NCBI GenBank assembly: GCA_030390025.1
Contig: CM059433.1
Coordinates: 5,084,001-5,148,000, forward strand
Reading direction: 5' to 3'
Source of the DNA: Squalus acanthias
Taxonomy: Eukaryota
Length of the DNA stretch: 64,000 nt
In this document: positions 13,356-25,859 of the stretch, one piece after another
How positions within the stretch are numbered: the stretch's first letter is position 1
Layout: every line of letters begins with the position of its first letter
Notes under the pieces: generated by a model
The model's database searches: none
Told to the model about the DNA's origin: nothing
Seen by the model: only the letters and a program-made list of their open reading frames with translations
Program-made: the position numbers and the translations under genes

Positions 13356-13645
13356 AGGGAACTCGCAACCAAGTAGCTTGGTAATAAGAGGTCGTGAACA
13401 GAGAGACGGCAATAATGGATATAAATTTCTATGCTAGAAAAATAGTTGGGAGTTTTTAAAAAAATTAAGTCTTTTAAAATGCAAAGATACCTTGTAAAAA
13501 GAACAGTTTCAAAAAGGAAGCACTACAATGGAGTAGTATTGTTTATTAGGGATGGGCAATAAATGCTGGCCTCACTAGCGACGCCCACATCCCAGGATCG
13601 AATAAATTTAAAAAAAGTTACAGATTTAAAACTGCAGAAGAGTTT

Positions 13646-13800
13646 AAACAAGGTAGCGAATGGAGCAACAACTGCAAAGCTTCGCCATAGTACTGAACGC
13701 CAACAAAGCACACGTACAACAACATATCTGGTGAGAACAACTCAATATTCCTCTATTAGGTCCTCCTTGTTACTAAGGAATGCCAAATTCCCCATTTTCA
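13646..13800. other. Duplicated ~155-bp element, copy 1 (24-codon ORF at 13660-13734, +)
   Basis: Aligns with 14542-14699; not a repeat I recognise. Confidence 0.8.
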
Positions 13801-13834
13801 AGACTCGCCTATTGCTTGTTTATTTCCACAATCT

Positions 13835-14195
13835 TTTTTTAAAATTTGTTCACAGGATGTGGGCGTCACTGGCAAGGCCAGCAATTATTGCCCATCCCTA
13901 ATTGCCCCTTGAGGGGTTGGCGGTGAGCCGCCTTCTTGAACCGCTGCAGTCCGTGTGGTGAAGGTACTCCCACAACGCTGTTAGGGAGGGAATTCCAGGA
14001 TTTTGACCCAGCGACGATGAAGGATCGTCCGATATACTTCCAGGTCAGGATGGTGTGTGACTTGGAGGGGAACTTGGAGGTGGTGGTGTTCCCATGCGCC
14101 TGCTGCCCTTGTCCTTCTAGGTGGAAGAGGTCGCGGGTTTGGAAGGTGCTGCCGAAGAAGCCTTGGCGAGTTGCTGCAGTGCATCTTGCAGATGG
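13835..14195 (-). mobile_element. LINE 3' fragment (CR1/L2-related), tail donor for the second SINE family
   Basis: KSWNSLPNSVVG...LQRFKKAAH C-terminus; 3' end shared with the SINEs at 3385 and 42182. Confidence 0.75.
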
Positions 14196-14541
14196 CAAGA
14201 CCTTGCAAAAAATCTTATTACTAATCCCCCCCAAAAATTCTCATTTGATATTGGCTGTATTTTGAGGGGAAAGAAAGGAAGGAGAACATTCTGACTAAAA
14301 ATGCAGAACAATTAAAATTGTAATTATTACCTTAAAAAACTACCTAAATAAAGAGTCGGATTGTAGCATCCCGGTGAAGAGAACAGCAGCTTGGCAGTCA
14401 CTGGAACTGTTATAACCGAGTGAAAACAATCTACAAGGTTGAATTTCCATGGGAACCCCCCCCCCACCCCCGCCATTTTTACCGCAGCTATCAGAAATCC
14501 AGCCTTGGACCAAATATTTTCAGTGTATCCACAAACTCTTC

Positions 14542-14699
14542 AAACAAGGTAGAGAATGGAGCAACAGCTGCAAAGCTTCGCCATAGTCCTGAACGCCAAC
14601 AAAGCCCGAGTACAACATGATGTTTGGTGAGGACAGCTCACTATCCCTCCGCTATTAGGTCCTCCCTGTTACTAAGGAGTGCCAAACTCTCCATTATCT
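14542..14699. other. Duplicated ~155-bp element, copy 2 (24-codon ORF at 14556-14630, +)
   Basis: Aligns with 13646-13800. Confidence 0.8.
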
Positions 14700-15438
14700 T
14701 TGGTCTCCCAGACAAACGGTGCTGACAACTGACTGATTCTGCCCTTTCTAGAGAGCAGAACTCAGGGTCTCCGCAAACATTGGCAGCTGTTACACAGCAC
14801 AAAGACTGAGATTTGTTCTGCATTTCCTAAACTTCCTAAACGTGAGGAATCAAGAGATGGTCAAACAGAAACGTTAAACTTTCAACAACAAAAAAAATCT
14901 ATCTTTTTAAGGGATGCTCACTCTTCTAGAAAAAGTGTTGAAGAATCAGTCTTCATTATGACAGCTGCTCGCTATCCAATGTAGCGCGAGAGACGCAGAT
15001 ATGGCAATTTAGATACTTTATTTGGAAATTTCTAGTCATTATCAGTAACCTCTACTACAAACTTACGACAGACGTACGTTTATCCAGCACCTTTCACAAC
15101 CTCAAGACGTCCCAAAGTGCTTAACAGGCAACTAAGTACTTTTGTACTTAATTAGTGTAGTCACTGTTGTAATGTAGGAAACGCGGCAGCCAATTTGCGC
15201 ACAGCAAGCTCCCACAAACAGCAATGTGATAAAGACCAAGTAATCTGGGTTTTTTTTGTGTTGTTGGTTGAGTGATAAATATTGGCCAGGACACCGGTGG
15301 AGAATTCCCCAGCTTTTCTTCGAAATAGTGCCATGGGATCTCCAAGCTCATGTTGGGCCAGTTCCCTGCCGGTGTTTTTTGCAACATACTGCCGGTACTC
15401 TTTTCTCCTTCTCCATAATCTCAAACCAAAAAGACAAT

Positions 15439-16169
15439 GGCCCGTATTTTCCGATCGCAGGCCTCCCGCGGGCGGAGGCCTGCGATCTGGAAAAATCTGC
15501 ACCCTTACCTGAGGGCTCCCGGGACACACACGCTTCCGCTCCTGGGCCTCTCCAAACTCCAAGTGCGCAGGGCCCACGTATCCCAGGGGCGCATGTAGTT
15601 CGCAGCGTCCCTGGGATCATGTGGGCCATGGGGAGCCAATCAAAGAAGGGAATCTCCCTTCATACACTTGACAGGAAGACCTGTCAAATATATGAATGGA
15701 GATCACCCCAAAAACACAGTAAAACTTTAAATAAATGTTTTTTTTAAAATCACATTTTTAAAATAACTTGAAATTACAATAAATTAAGTATTTTAAACAA
15801 AAATTTAATTTTTTGAAAAAAATGAAAAGTTTTTTACGGGGCTAAAAATAAACTTACCTTTTTAAAAGATAAAAAAAATTTTTTTCACTGATTTAACTTT
15901 TTTGAACTCTTACCCTAGTAAAAGCAGGCCTTACGTCTGCTTTTACCAGGCGTAAGAATTGTTAGGGTTTTCTGCGGGCGGAGGGTCTCCAAAAAGCAGA
16001 ACTCTCCCCCCCGCAGAGGCCCTTCTCCCGGGCAGCCGGAGGATCGGTCAAGATCGGAAATGCCGGTTTTCAACGCCTGCGCTGTGCATGCCTGAAACCA
16101 GCATTTCCGATGTCCCTACAGGTGGGTACACAGCGCGTACACACCCGTAGGGATCGGAATATCTGGGCC
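15439..16169. mobile_element. Harbinger-type MITE, family A
   Basis: Imperfect TIRs ggcccgtattttccgatc / gatcggaatatctgggcc; 3-bp TSD AAT. Confidence 0.8.
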
Positions 16170-17343
16170 AATAAATACAGTTCTGCCTTCAGGGATAATA
16201 ATGGTATTACACTAGAAATTCTGCGTTAAATTTGAATATGTAGCAGCATAAGCCCCACGCAAGAATTACAACAGAGCCGCAGAATCGCAGTTTGGTTTGG
16301 CTGCACTCTGATCCACTCACACAAATAATCTGCCAATGCAACAAGGTTGTCAAAACCAGGGGGGCAACACTGGAACCAACAATGCACTCGGGATCAAAAC
16401 TACCCATTAGCCCATCGATTTCCTGAGCTCTTCGGCTGGAAGAATCAGACCAGTGCGTACAACGCGTGCAGCCAGATTATACTCGAGCCGCGCACGAGGA
16501 GCTGTCGCTTCCTCCAAAATCCCAGGACGCAAACAACTGCGCATGTCTGCATGGTGCAACACCTTCACGGGCATACAGAGCCACTCCAAGTTTCAGAAGA
16601 ACAGTGAGGCGTTACCTGGTGCCAGCATTCAATGTTAATCAAGACCATTATGCACCAGTATCGATAGGTTGTGACCTGTCACTTCTATCTATCTGCAGCC
16701 AAAAAACTTACCTATTCCTGGCAGGTTTCCTTAAAACAAGATTACATGGTTTGAAAAAATAATTATTGAAGGTGACTCGCCATGGATTTATTTTTAAAAT
16801 ATTACTTAAACAAACAAGGCATTGTATTAGAAATGAACACATATATACCCAATCCAGTATATTCCCTCTGCTCGTAGAGAAGCTCTTCACAAGTGGTAGC
16901 CCCGTATCATACCAGATGCCTTCAATTCCCAACCAAACCCCTGAAATGATATTCCAGCTCAGAGTGTCAGGTAGATAAAATGGGCACTCAAGCTGTGCTC
17001 CAATTCAATCTTACCCCCATTCAGCCAGTTACAAGTACCACTGGCCGTCATCACAGCATTTCCACAGGCTAAACTATCTACAGGCTAAACTACTTTGTTC
17101 TTCGAGCTGGAAGACATGTAATGACAAAAACAAGCTTATAGGAAAGCCAAAGAAATTCGGTACCCAAAAAGGTCCGCTGTCCCTCGCCATTAGTATTACA
17201 AATGAGCTCGCTTGGGTTCCGGTGCACTAGTCAGTCCATTACTACATGTGGCAGACTCCGACTGTTGTCTGTTCATCAGCAGCATGTTACAGGTTAAGGT
17301 AAAACATCATCCACAAATACAAGTTGCTTAATGGAATACTTAC

Positions 17344-17401
17344 CATAGCCAAGTCTATAATTAACTTATGGATTGTTAAGAGACGCCAAACAATGACAAA
17401 T
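17344..17401 (-). CDS. SLC66A3: SLC66A3 coding exon 4
   Basis: accttaacggcattcag|A-FVIVWRLLTIHKLIIDLAM|gtaagt; 58 nt. Confidence 0.95.
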
Positions 17402-17857
17402 CTGAATGCCGTTAAGGTAGAAACTAAACACGGAATGCAAGTCAAATATATTTTGCATGCAAGAAAATTACAGTGAGAATTATTTTACCATCTCTAAACA
17501 ACAAAAGCACTTTATTTTTTCCAAACACAATAGGCTTAGTCAAGCTTAACAGCATCATTCTTTTACAATACTTTGAATTAAATCTTTCAGTTACGTGCAT
17601 TTTGTATTTCTTTAGTACTCAATTATATTGCCCTTACTTTCTATGAGCATTCCATACTAAAGGTGATATTGTGTTTCTAAAGTTATGGAAGCTGCTTATT
17701 AACTCTCAAATTATCAGCTTGAACGTAATGGACTAATTCAGAATTGCAGATATTCCACTGTTATGTTTTGCATATTTTGAACTCTTGTCTTAAATATTTT
17801 GATGAGTCATCTGTCTTTGTCTTGGACATCTTCTTTGACATCCCTTTAAGAAGTTTG

Positions 17858-18760
17858 CAGATGATACAGAAATTGGCCATGTGGTTGATAATGAAGAAGA
17901 AAGCTGCAGACTGCAGGAAGATATCAATGGACTGGTCGGGTGGGCAGAACAGTGGCAAATGGAATTCAACCCAGAGAAGTGTGAGGTAATGCATTTGAGG
18001 AGGGCTAACAAGGCAAGGGAATACACATTAAATGGTAGGACACTGAGAAGTGCAGAGGAACAGAGGGACCTTGGAGTGCATGCCCACAGATCCCTGGAGG
18101 TAGCAGGACAGGTAGATAAGGTGGTTAAGAAGGCATACGGGATACTTGCCTTTATTAGCCGAGGCAAAGAATATATGCTTGAACTGTATAAAACACTAGT
18201 TAGGCTACAGCTAGAATACTGCGTGCAGTTCTGGTCACCACATTACAGGAAATATGTGATTGCACTAGAGAGGGTGCAGAGGAGATTTACAAGGATGTTG
18301 CCTGGACTGCAGAATTTTAGCCATGAGGAAAGATTGGACAGTCTGGGGTTGTTTTCTTTGGAACAGAGGAGGCTGAGGGGAGACTTAATTGAGGTGTATA
18401 AAATTATGAGGGGCCGAGATAGAGTGGATAGGAAGGACCTATTTCCCTTAGCAGAGAGGTCAATAACCAGGGGGCATAGATTTAAAGTAATTGGTCGGAG
18501 GTTTAGAGGGGATTTGAGATGAAATGTTTTCACCCAGAGGGTGGTGGGGGTCTGGAACTCACTGCCTGAAAGGGTGGTAGAGGCAGAGACCCTCATCACA
18601 TTTAAAAAGTGCTTGGATGCGCACTTGAAGTGCCGTATCCTACAGGGCTACGGACCAAGAGCTGGAAAGTGGGATTAGGCTGGAGAGCTCTTTGTCGACC
18701 GGCACGGACAAGATGGGCCGAATGGGCTCCTTCTGTGCTGTAAATTTTTATGATTCTATG
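17858..18760 (+). mobile_element. CR1 3' fragment
   Basis: ORF 17881-18522 is the ORF2 C-terminus; (atgattct)n tail. Confidence 0.9.
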
Positions 18761-18979
18761 ACAGGGTCTGGCACATGTACCTCTGATCAAGTTATCACCA
18801 GGAATCTGATGGGTAGATTTTTTTTCAATTCATTCTTGGGATGTGGGTGTCACTGGCAAGGCTAGCATACATTGCCCATCCCTAGGGCCTCTGCAGAAGG
18901 CAGTTAAATGGTGTGGGACTGGATTTACATGCAGGCCAATCCGGGGAAGGATGGTGGGCTTCCTTTCCTAAAAGACATT

Positions 18980-19722
18980 GGCCCAAAAATTAGTGAGTGA
19001 GCCTTCGTGCGAGGGTAAGGCCTTCCCGCGATCTCTCACTGCGCGCTGGCTTTTTCAGTCCGAGCTCGCACGAACTTGATGTTCTGGACAGCAGCTGTGC
19101 AGGGCTTTCGTATCCCACAGGCGTAGTTAATTCGTGCGAGCTGTGGGATCACGTGACTCAGTTAGAGCCAATGGCAGCACACCATCTTTCATTCATAGCT
19201 TTCACAGCACGGCTGTGAAAGCTATGAATACTATACCCCCCCAAAAGAACAGCTAAACCTCAATTAAATTTTTAAAAAAAACATCACATTAATAAAATAA
19301 GTATAGTTAAATAAATTAACCATTTTAAACAAAAAATTAAATTTTTGAAAAAATTTAAAATCTTTTAAAAAGTTATAAAAATAAACTTACCTGTCTTTAA
19401 AGTCTCTAAAAAAGATATACCGGTTAAAAAAAATTCAAAATAATACTTAATTAAGTACTTACCTTGTTAAAAGAGGGTCTTACACCTCCTTTCTTTATGT
19501 CTAAAATCTTCCATGCTTACCTGTGCGTCCAAAGCACTAAGTGCACTGCGTGCGCGCAGCCTGTAGCACGCACGCGGTTCACCTAGGTACCGCCCCCTTT
19601 TGAATTCACCAAGTGCCGGTTTTCAGCGCATGCGCAGTGCATGCAGAAAACCGGCAATTGGAGACAGAATATGCGAGAGTACACAGTGCGTACTCTCGCG
19701 TAGAGACACTAATTTTTGGGCC
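18980..19722. mobile_element. Harbinger-type MITE, family A, inserted into a SINE
   Basis: Perfect 16-bp TIR ggcccaaaaattagtg. TSD ATT is supported by rejoining the interrupted SINE (gacatt|aatgaacc). Confidence 0.88.
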
Positions 19723-20515
19723 ATTAATGAACCAGTTGAGCTTTTACAACAATGCAACAGCGTCACGGTCACGTTTACTGGAACCAGCATTTTATTTCTG
19801 GATTTTTTGCTTTTTAAAAACTGAATTCAAATTCTCAAACTGCCACGGTGGGATTTAAACTCTCGTTCTCGGGATTATTAGTTACCAAGTTACTCATCCA
19901 GTAGCATAACCACAACACCACTGTACCTTTCAGCCTCCCTGCTTGCTAAAACCAAGGTACTGCTTTGTGAAAAACAAAATTTGAAATATTTATTGCACCA
20001 ACCACAAGTCAATAAAGCACGACTCCAATCGCGAACTGAATACCCCTCTCGTGTTGGAGGAGCAGCTCGTCTCGTTCATTGCTGGACAGAACACAAGGAA
20101 AGGCTCGTTGTCTGACAGCCAGGCCACCTCTAACCGTTAGTTTCTGTGCTCTTTCTTTGTCATAATCTTTCTTACCTTACTCTTTTATTAATACTATGAA
20201 CTTCCCACTCTTCTTCCTCCAAATACTTTGTCCTACTTTCTTATCCCTCTTTCCTACATCCCCGCTGTTCTGACTCAGTTCTGAACCACTGTGCATAATG
20301 TCCAGATTATGGAACTCCTTACCTGAGCATGGAATGCTCACACTAACATTTTGTATAGTAACTGAAGGTCAGTGTGGGAGAGACCTCAAGTATCCAGCGC
20401 ATGCTAAAAATTTCAATTCGAGCAACGTATAGTTAAAATGATCAGAGGCAGTCCAATCCAATAGCCTCCTCTCCAATATTTTTGAGGAACATTATTGTTA
20501 TTGCAACATGATTAT

Positions 20516-21284
20516 GGCCCTGAATTTCCGACCCCTAGGATGTGTGCGAGGTGTGCACGCGCCCGTAGGGGCCGCGCAAGTTCCGGGGTTAAGGCGTGCG
20601 AAGCGCAGGCGCTGAAATCCGGAACTTGTGATGTCAAGAATTCTCTTGACAGATCCAACGCATGCCCAAGAAATGGGCCTCCGCGGGTGGAGAGTTGCGC
20701 TATTTGCCCAACTCCTGCCCGCTGAAAGGCCGGAGAATTCTTACGCCTGGTAAGAACAGGTGTAAGGCCTGCTTTTACCAGCATAAGAGTTTAAAAAATA
20801 GAAAAATAAGAATTTATCACTCACTTATAAATTAAAAACCCTGTCCAATAAGGTAAGGTTATATTAAGCCCCGTTAAGACATATTAATAACATTTCAAAA
20901 AATTAAATTTTTGTTTAACATATTTAATTAAATGGCATTTTAATTAATTTTATATATGTAATGGTTTTTATTTATTTATTTCAGTGTGTTGGTACATTTT
21001 TGCAGTCATCCCCATTCATACTTTTGACAGTTCTGTGCGTACGGACCTGTCAAAAGTATGAAGGGGGATTCCCTTCTTCCATTGGTTGGGCCGGACCACG
21101 TGATCCCGGGGACGATTGCGAACTGCCTGCGCCCCTGGGAATCCTGGGCCTCGGCACATTTCCAAGAGGAGAGGGCCAGGATCGGAAGCCTCGGGATCTC
21201 CGGGACCAGCAGGTAGGTTCGTAGAATTTTTTTCTGATCGGAGGCATCCGCCCGCAGGAAGCCTCCGATCGGAAATTCAGGGCC
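20516..21284. mobile_element. Harbinger-type MITE, family A (opposite orientation)
   Basis: Perfect 16-bp TIR ggccctgaatttccga; flanks tat/att are imperfect. Confidence 0.8.
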
Positions 21285-22397
21285 ATTGTTACATTTATGC
21301 ACTAATGGTAATATTTCCATAAAAAGAAAAGATCAAACAAACTTGCATTGATAAAACACCTTTCACATCCTCAGGACTCCCGAGAGCGTTTAACAGCCAA
21401 TAAAGTAGCCCTGAAGTATAGTTACTGTTGTTTTGCAGGCAAATGCAGCAGTCATTTTTCACACAGCAAGATCCCACAAACAGCAAATAAGGTCAATGAC
21501 AAGTTTATATGTTTTGGTGGTTTTAGTTGAAGTATGAACTCATCTGGTGTTAGCCAGTACACAGAATTCTTCTTCGAATAGCGCCATGGGAACTTTTACG
21601 TCCACCTGAATGGCAGACAGAGACTCATCGGACAGACAGCACCTCCAACAATGCGGCACTCACTCAGTATTCCACTCAAAAGTCAGCCTGAATCATGTGT
21701 TCAAGTGGTGCAGGAAATAATGCGGTCACTTATTTTGTTGCAGTAACTGACTGAAGAAGGAAATGGATTTTTGACACAAATTACAGTTGCATCTCAATCA
21801 TCCCCACTTGCTGCTATCAGTCACCGTAATATCTTAGTCCTGCAAATATGGCACAATAGGAATATGTTGCAAGACTGTAGCATATTCAGGGCTTCAAATA
21901 TCAAACTGCAAGAGCAAACCTTCAGAGGGCGAGTGAATACTCACTCAAACCCCGAGATATGCAATAATCGACGTACTTTTTTGTGATGCTAACATTACTT
22001 TCTCCCTTTTCCCCCCAATACTCCCAGCCCTCCCAATGCCACTCTGAGACTGGCCATGAGAAGGTGCACAAGAGTAGTCCAGAGGTGACATTCACTTCGA
22101 TCTTTCACTGGCCTCTGCTTACAGCAACATTGCTTGAGGTCAGAATTAAGTATATGGGAGATTACAGGCAAGACACTATGTCCCACCTAATCATGGCACT
22201 AACTTTCAATAGACCAAAGCAAGGTGCCCACCCACCTGCTGTCCCACTTATGTACTTGTTTTCTTTTTAAAATCATACACAACACAATTAGTGGATTTAC
22301 CAGCAGGTAAAATGATTCACAAAACCAACGCTACAATGAATTAAAAAAAATGAGTCTGCAAAAGGATCCCTTATTTAGAATTAAATTTCAAGGATAC

Positions 22398-22467
22398 AGT
22401 ATTGCGTAGGGTAAAGCTGTTCCAATGTTTCCATTGTAAAAGAGAACACACATCAAGAGAATAGCAT
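22398..22467 (-). CDS. SLC66A3: SLC66A3 coding exon 3
   Basis: Branch-like cactaac then ttttgcag|; encodes (D)AILLMCVLFYNGNIGTALPYAI(L); donor |gtatcctt (U12 type); 70 nt. Confidence 0.95.
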
Positions 22468-22611
22468 CTGCAAAAATAAAGGAGAGTAACGTTAGTGATA
22501 TACACTACAAACATGACACAGGTGCACAATTGGCTTTCTTCACAGAAGCTAATCGAATCGTGAGTTAAAATTTTGATTCCCATGAATCCAACCGACAAGA
22601 AGCAATAATCT

Positions 22612-22720
22612 CAATTCTGATCAAAGGGCCCCACCTGGAACATGAACCATTTTTTCTCTTTCAGATGTTGGCTGGCCTGCTGTCCACTTCTAGTATTTTC
22701 TCTTACTTTAGATTTCAGAC
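22612..22720 (+). mobile_element. Degenerate PLE 3' end with decayed hammerhead
   Basis: ttctgatcaaaggg...cctggaacatgaac...cctgctg...agtattttc resembles the terminus of the 28k element; the core is mutated. Confidence 0.4.
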
Positions 22721-22836
22721 ATGAACATTTTTTTTAATCTCGGCTAGATTTGTTGCATTTGTGCTATTACAATACGGTGCTGTCTTTCAGCCACTAAACA
22801 TTGGTAACATGTTAACATAACTTCTAAAGAGATAAT

Positions 22837-23582
22837 GGGCCGTATTTTGCGACATCTACGGGTGCGTGCGAGGTGCGCCCGCGCAAGTGCCGGGTTTAGG
22901 CACACGAAGCGCACGCGCTGAAACCCGGAACTTGCGATCTGTCAAGAATCCTCGACAGATCCTCCGCATCCCCGGGAGACGGGCCTCCGCGGGCGGAGAG
23001 TTGCGCTATTTACCCAACTTCTGCCCGCTGAATGCCTGTGAAATTCTTACGCCTGGTAAAAGGCAGGCGTAAGGCCAGCTTTTACCAGCATAAAAGAGTT
23101 TTAAAAAATAGAAAAGTAAAATGTTATCACACTTATAAATTAAAAACCCTGTCTAATAAGGTAAGTTTATTTTTAGCCCCGTTAAAACATTACAAAATTC
23201 TAAAAATTAAATGTTTGTTTAACATATTTAATTAAATGACATTTTAATTAATTTTATATATGTAATAAAAAAAAATTATTTCATGTGTTCGTGCATTTTT
23301 TAAGTGATCCCCATTCATACTTATGGAGATTCTGTACATACGGAACTCCCATAAGTATGAATGGGGATTCCCTTCTTTTATTGGTTGGGCCGGCCCACGT
23401 GATTCCAGGGGCGCTTGCGAACCACATGCGCCCCGGGATACGTGGGGCTCTGCCCGCGCGGACCCGGAGGAGCCCAGGATCGCAAGGCTCCGTATCTCCC
23501 GGGCCACCAGGTAAATGCGGAGATATTTTTACAGGTCAGAGGCATCCGCCCGCAGGAAGCCTCCGATCGCAAATTCTGGGCC
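22837..23582. mobile_element. Harbinger-type MITE, family A (opposite orientation)
   Basis: TIRs gggccgtattttgcga / tcgcaaattctgggcc; TSD AAT; collinear with 20516-21284. Confidence 0.82.
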
Positions 23583-24156
23583 AATGTCGGAGCCGGGGGA
23601 TTTATTTGGCTTTTTAAGTACATTTTGGATCATAAGATGATGTATTATATTTAACCTTTAAAAAAGTTTTCCCCATTTCCTCCCAAGTTGCGAGCTCCTT
23701 TTAGGCAGGCATCCGATAGCTCATTAATGGAGCCCAATTCATGCACATCCATCATACATGTACAGCGTGCAGCAGGGGGGTCACTGGATAGTAGTTAGTC
23801 GCAGGAAGTTGGGGGATTTATTTTCTTTCTCTATCCCAGAACACTGAAGTTAATCGAAGCACCCCAAACACGGTAGAGCTCACTCAGCATAGGCCAAGGA
23901 GCCTGTACAGATTACTGGTACACCGCCTAGTGCACTTATGCACTAATCATAGAAATTAGAGTCGAGAGGGCTGCCATTTAGCCTGCCAGCTCTCCGAGGG
24001 TGCTAACTTTTCAACTGGGGCCATCTCCTCTTATCCCATAATCCACCGTGAGGGATCCTATTTTAACTTTTACACAAAGACAACAGCAGGACAGCTCCTT
24101 CCTCTTCCCTCCCACCTTGGTTTGTCATTCTAGTAGCTTTCTAAATAATTGGTTAC

Positions 24157-24239
24157 CTTGTGCAATTAGGATTGGAAACTCCAAGTAGGTTGTCAGTGGG
24201 TATTCATAGTACGTCTGGTAAGTCAGGAACACCAGAAAC
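24157..24239 (-). CDS. SLC66A3: SLC66A3 coding exon 2
   Basis: tttcag|G-FLVFLTYQTYYEYPLTTYLEFPILIAQ-G|gtaacc; 83 nt; phase-compatible with exons 1 and 3. Confidence 0.95.
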
Positions 24240-24639
24240 CTGAAATAGATTAAATCATTTGTTCTGAAGTCAGTCAATTTGTACAGTTTGAAAGCCTGAA
24301 ATCTTCTCCATACCAGACACTCAGATTATTTAGTGATTACGAGCATCATAACCAAAAAATGGCCTGACTCGGAGACAGGAAGACAGCCCCAAACGTTATT
24401 TGAAAATAAAAACGTTTATTTCTGACCAGCAACCAAACTCTTCTTTCTGAAATGGAAAGTTGTTTTCTTTTCTCTCCCCTGCCACCCTCCCCCCGTTTTA
24501 ATTGTTAAATACAGAAAACAAGTTTAACGGATTCAGCTGTAGTGGTTTGTTTACCAACTTTCCTTGTAATTTCAGTCTACTAAATCCTCTCAATTAAATC
24601 TCAATAGTTGCCAGGACTGGATGACAACAAGTTAGTACT

Positions 24640-25535
24640 GTGTGGTTGATAATGAAGAAGAAAGCTGTAGACTGCAGGAAGATATCAATGGACTGGTCAG
24701 GTGGGCAGAACAGTGGCAAATAGAATTCAATCCGGAGAAGTGTGAAGTAATGCATTTGGGGAGGGCTAACAAGGCAAGGGAATACACTATAAATGGTAGG
24801 ACACTGAGTAGTGTAGAGGAACAGAGGGACCTTGGAGTGCATGTCCACAGATCCCTGAAGGTAGCAGGACAGGTAGATAAGGTGGTTAAGAGACATACGG
24901 GATACTTTCCTTTATTAGCCGAGGCATAGAATATAAGAGCAGGGAGGTTATGCTTGGACTGCATAAAACACTAGTTAGGCCGCAGCTAGAGTACTGCGTA
25001 CAGTTCTGGTCACCACATTACAGGACGGATGTGATTGCACTAGAGTGGGTGCAGAGGAGATTTACGAGGATGTTGCCTGGGCTGGAGAATTTTAGCTATG
25101 AGGAAAGATTGGATAGGCTGGGGTTGTTTTCTTTGGAACAGAGGAGGCTGAGGGGAGACCTAATTGAGGTGTGTAAAATTATGAGGGACCTAGATAGAGT
25201 GGATAGGAAGGACCTATTTCCCTTAGCAGCAGGTCCAATAACCAGGGGGCATAGATTTAAAGTAATTGGTCGGATGTTGAGAGAGGATTTGAGGAGAAAT
25301 CTTTTCACCCAGAGGGTGGTGGGGGTCTGGAACTCACTGCCTGAAAGGGTGGTAGAGGCAGGAACCCTCATCACATTTAAAAGTACTTGGATATGTACTT
25401 GAAATGCTGTAACCTACAAGGCTACGGACCAAGAGCTGGAAAGTGGGATTAGGCTGGAGAGCTCTTTGTCGGCTTGCACGAACAAGATGGGCCGACTGGC
25501 CTCCTTCTGTGCTGTAAATTTCTATGATTCTATGA
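24640..25535 (+). mobile_element. CR1 3' fragment (same subfamily as 17858)
   Basis: Near-identical to 17858-18760; frameshifted. Confidence 0.9.
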
Positions 25536-25859
25536 TACAGTTTGTCATATCTGGGGCCAGAATTCAAATCCTGACCAGACCAACAAGGTGAAAATCTCTT
25601 TCTGCCAGCTGACTACAGTTTGGACAGCCTTAAACCATTTCTCAGTGAGCGTAGATCAACAACATTAATCAGCACACATTTCAGTATTAATTGGCAGAAA
25701 AATGCAATTTTATTGGAGCGGCCATAGGATGACTGGGGTGATAAAATGAAAAAAGCAACACAATATTAGTGCAGTGGACTCTGCATCTGTCCACAGTCCA
25801 CCGTGATCTGAGAGTGCTGAATATTGGCAACCGGTGCCCAAAGAAAAAAAAATACATTT

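Larger units (their letters stand above)
17402..22397 (-). other. SLC66A3: U12-type (minor spliceosome) GT-AG intron 3 of SLC66A3
   Basis: 5' site GTATCCTT (22397-22390). Branch ACCTTAAC (17418-17411) lies ~10 nt from the AG, with no polypyrimidine tract. Confidence 0.9.

Noticed and set aside
13646..14699. H/ACA snoRNA, IRE or SECIS interpretation of the duplicated element
   Set aside because: No conserved H box plus terminal ACA on either strand; the uaguaac loop does not fit IRE geometry; no AUGA/AA/GA SECIS seen.
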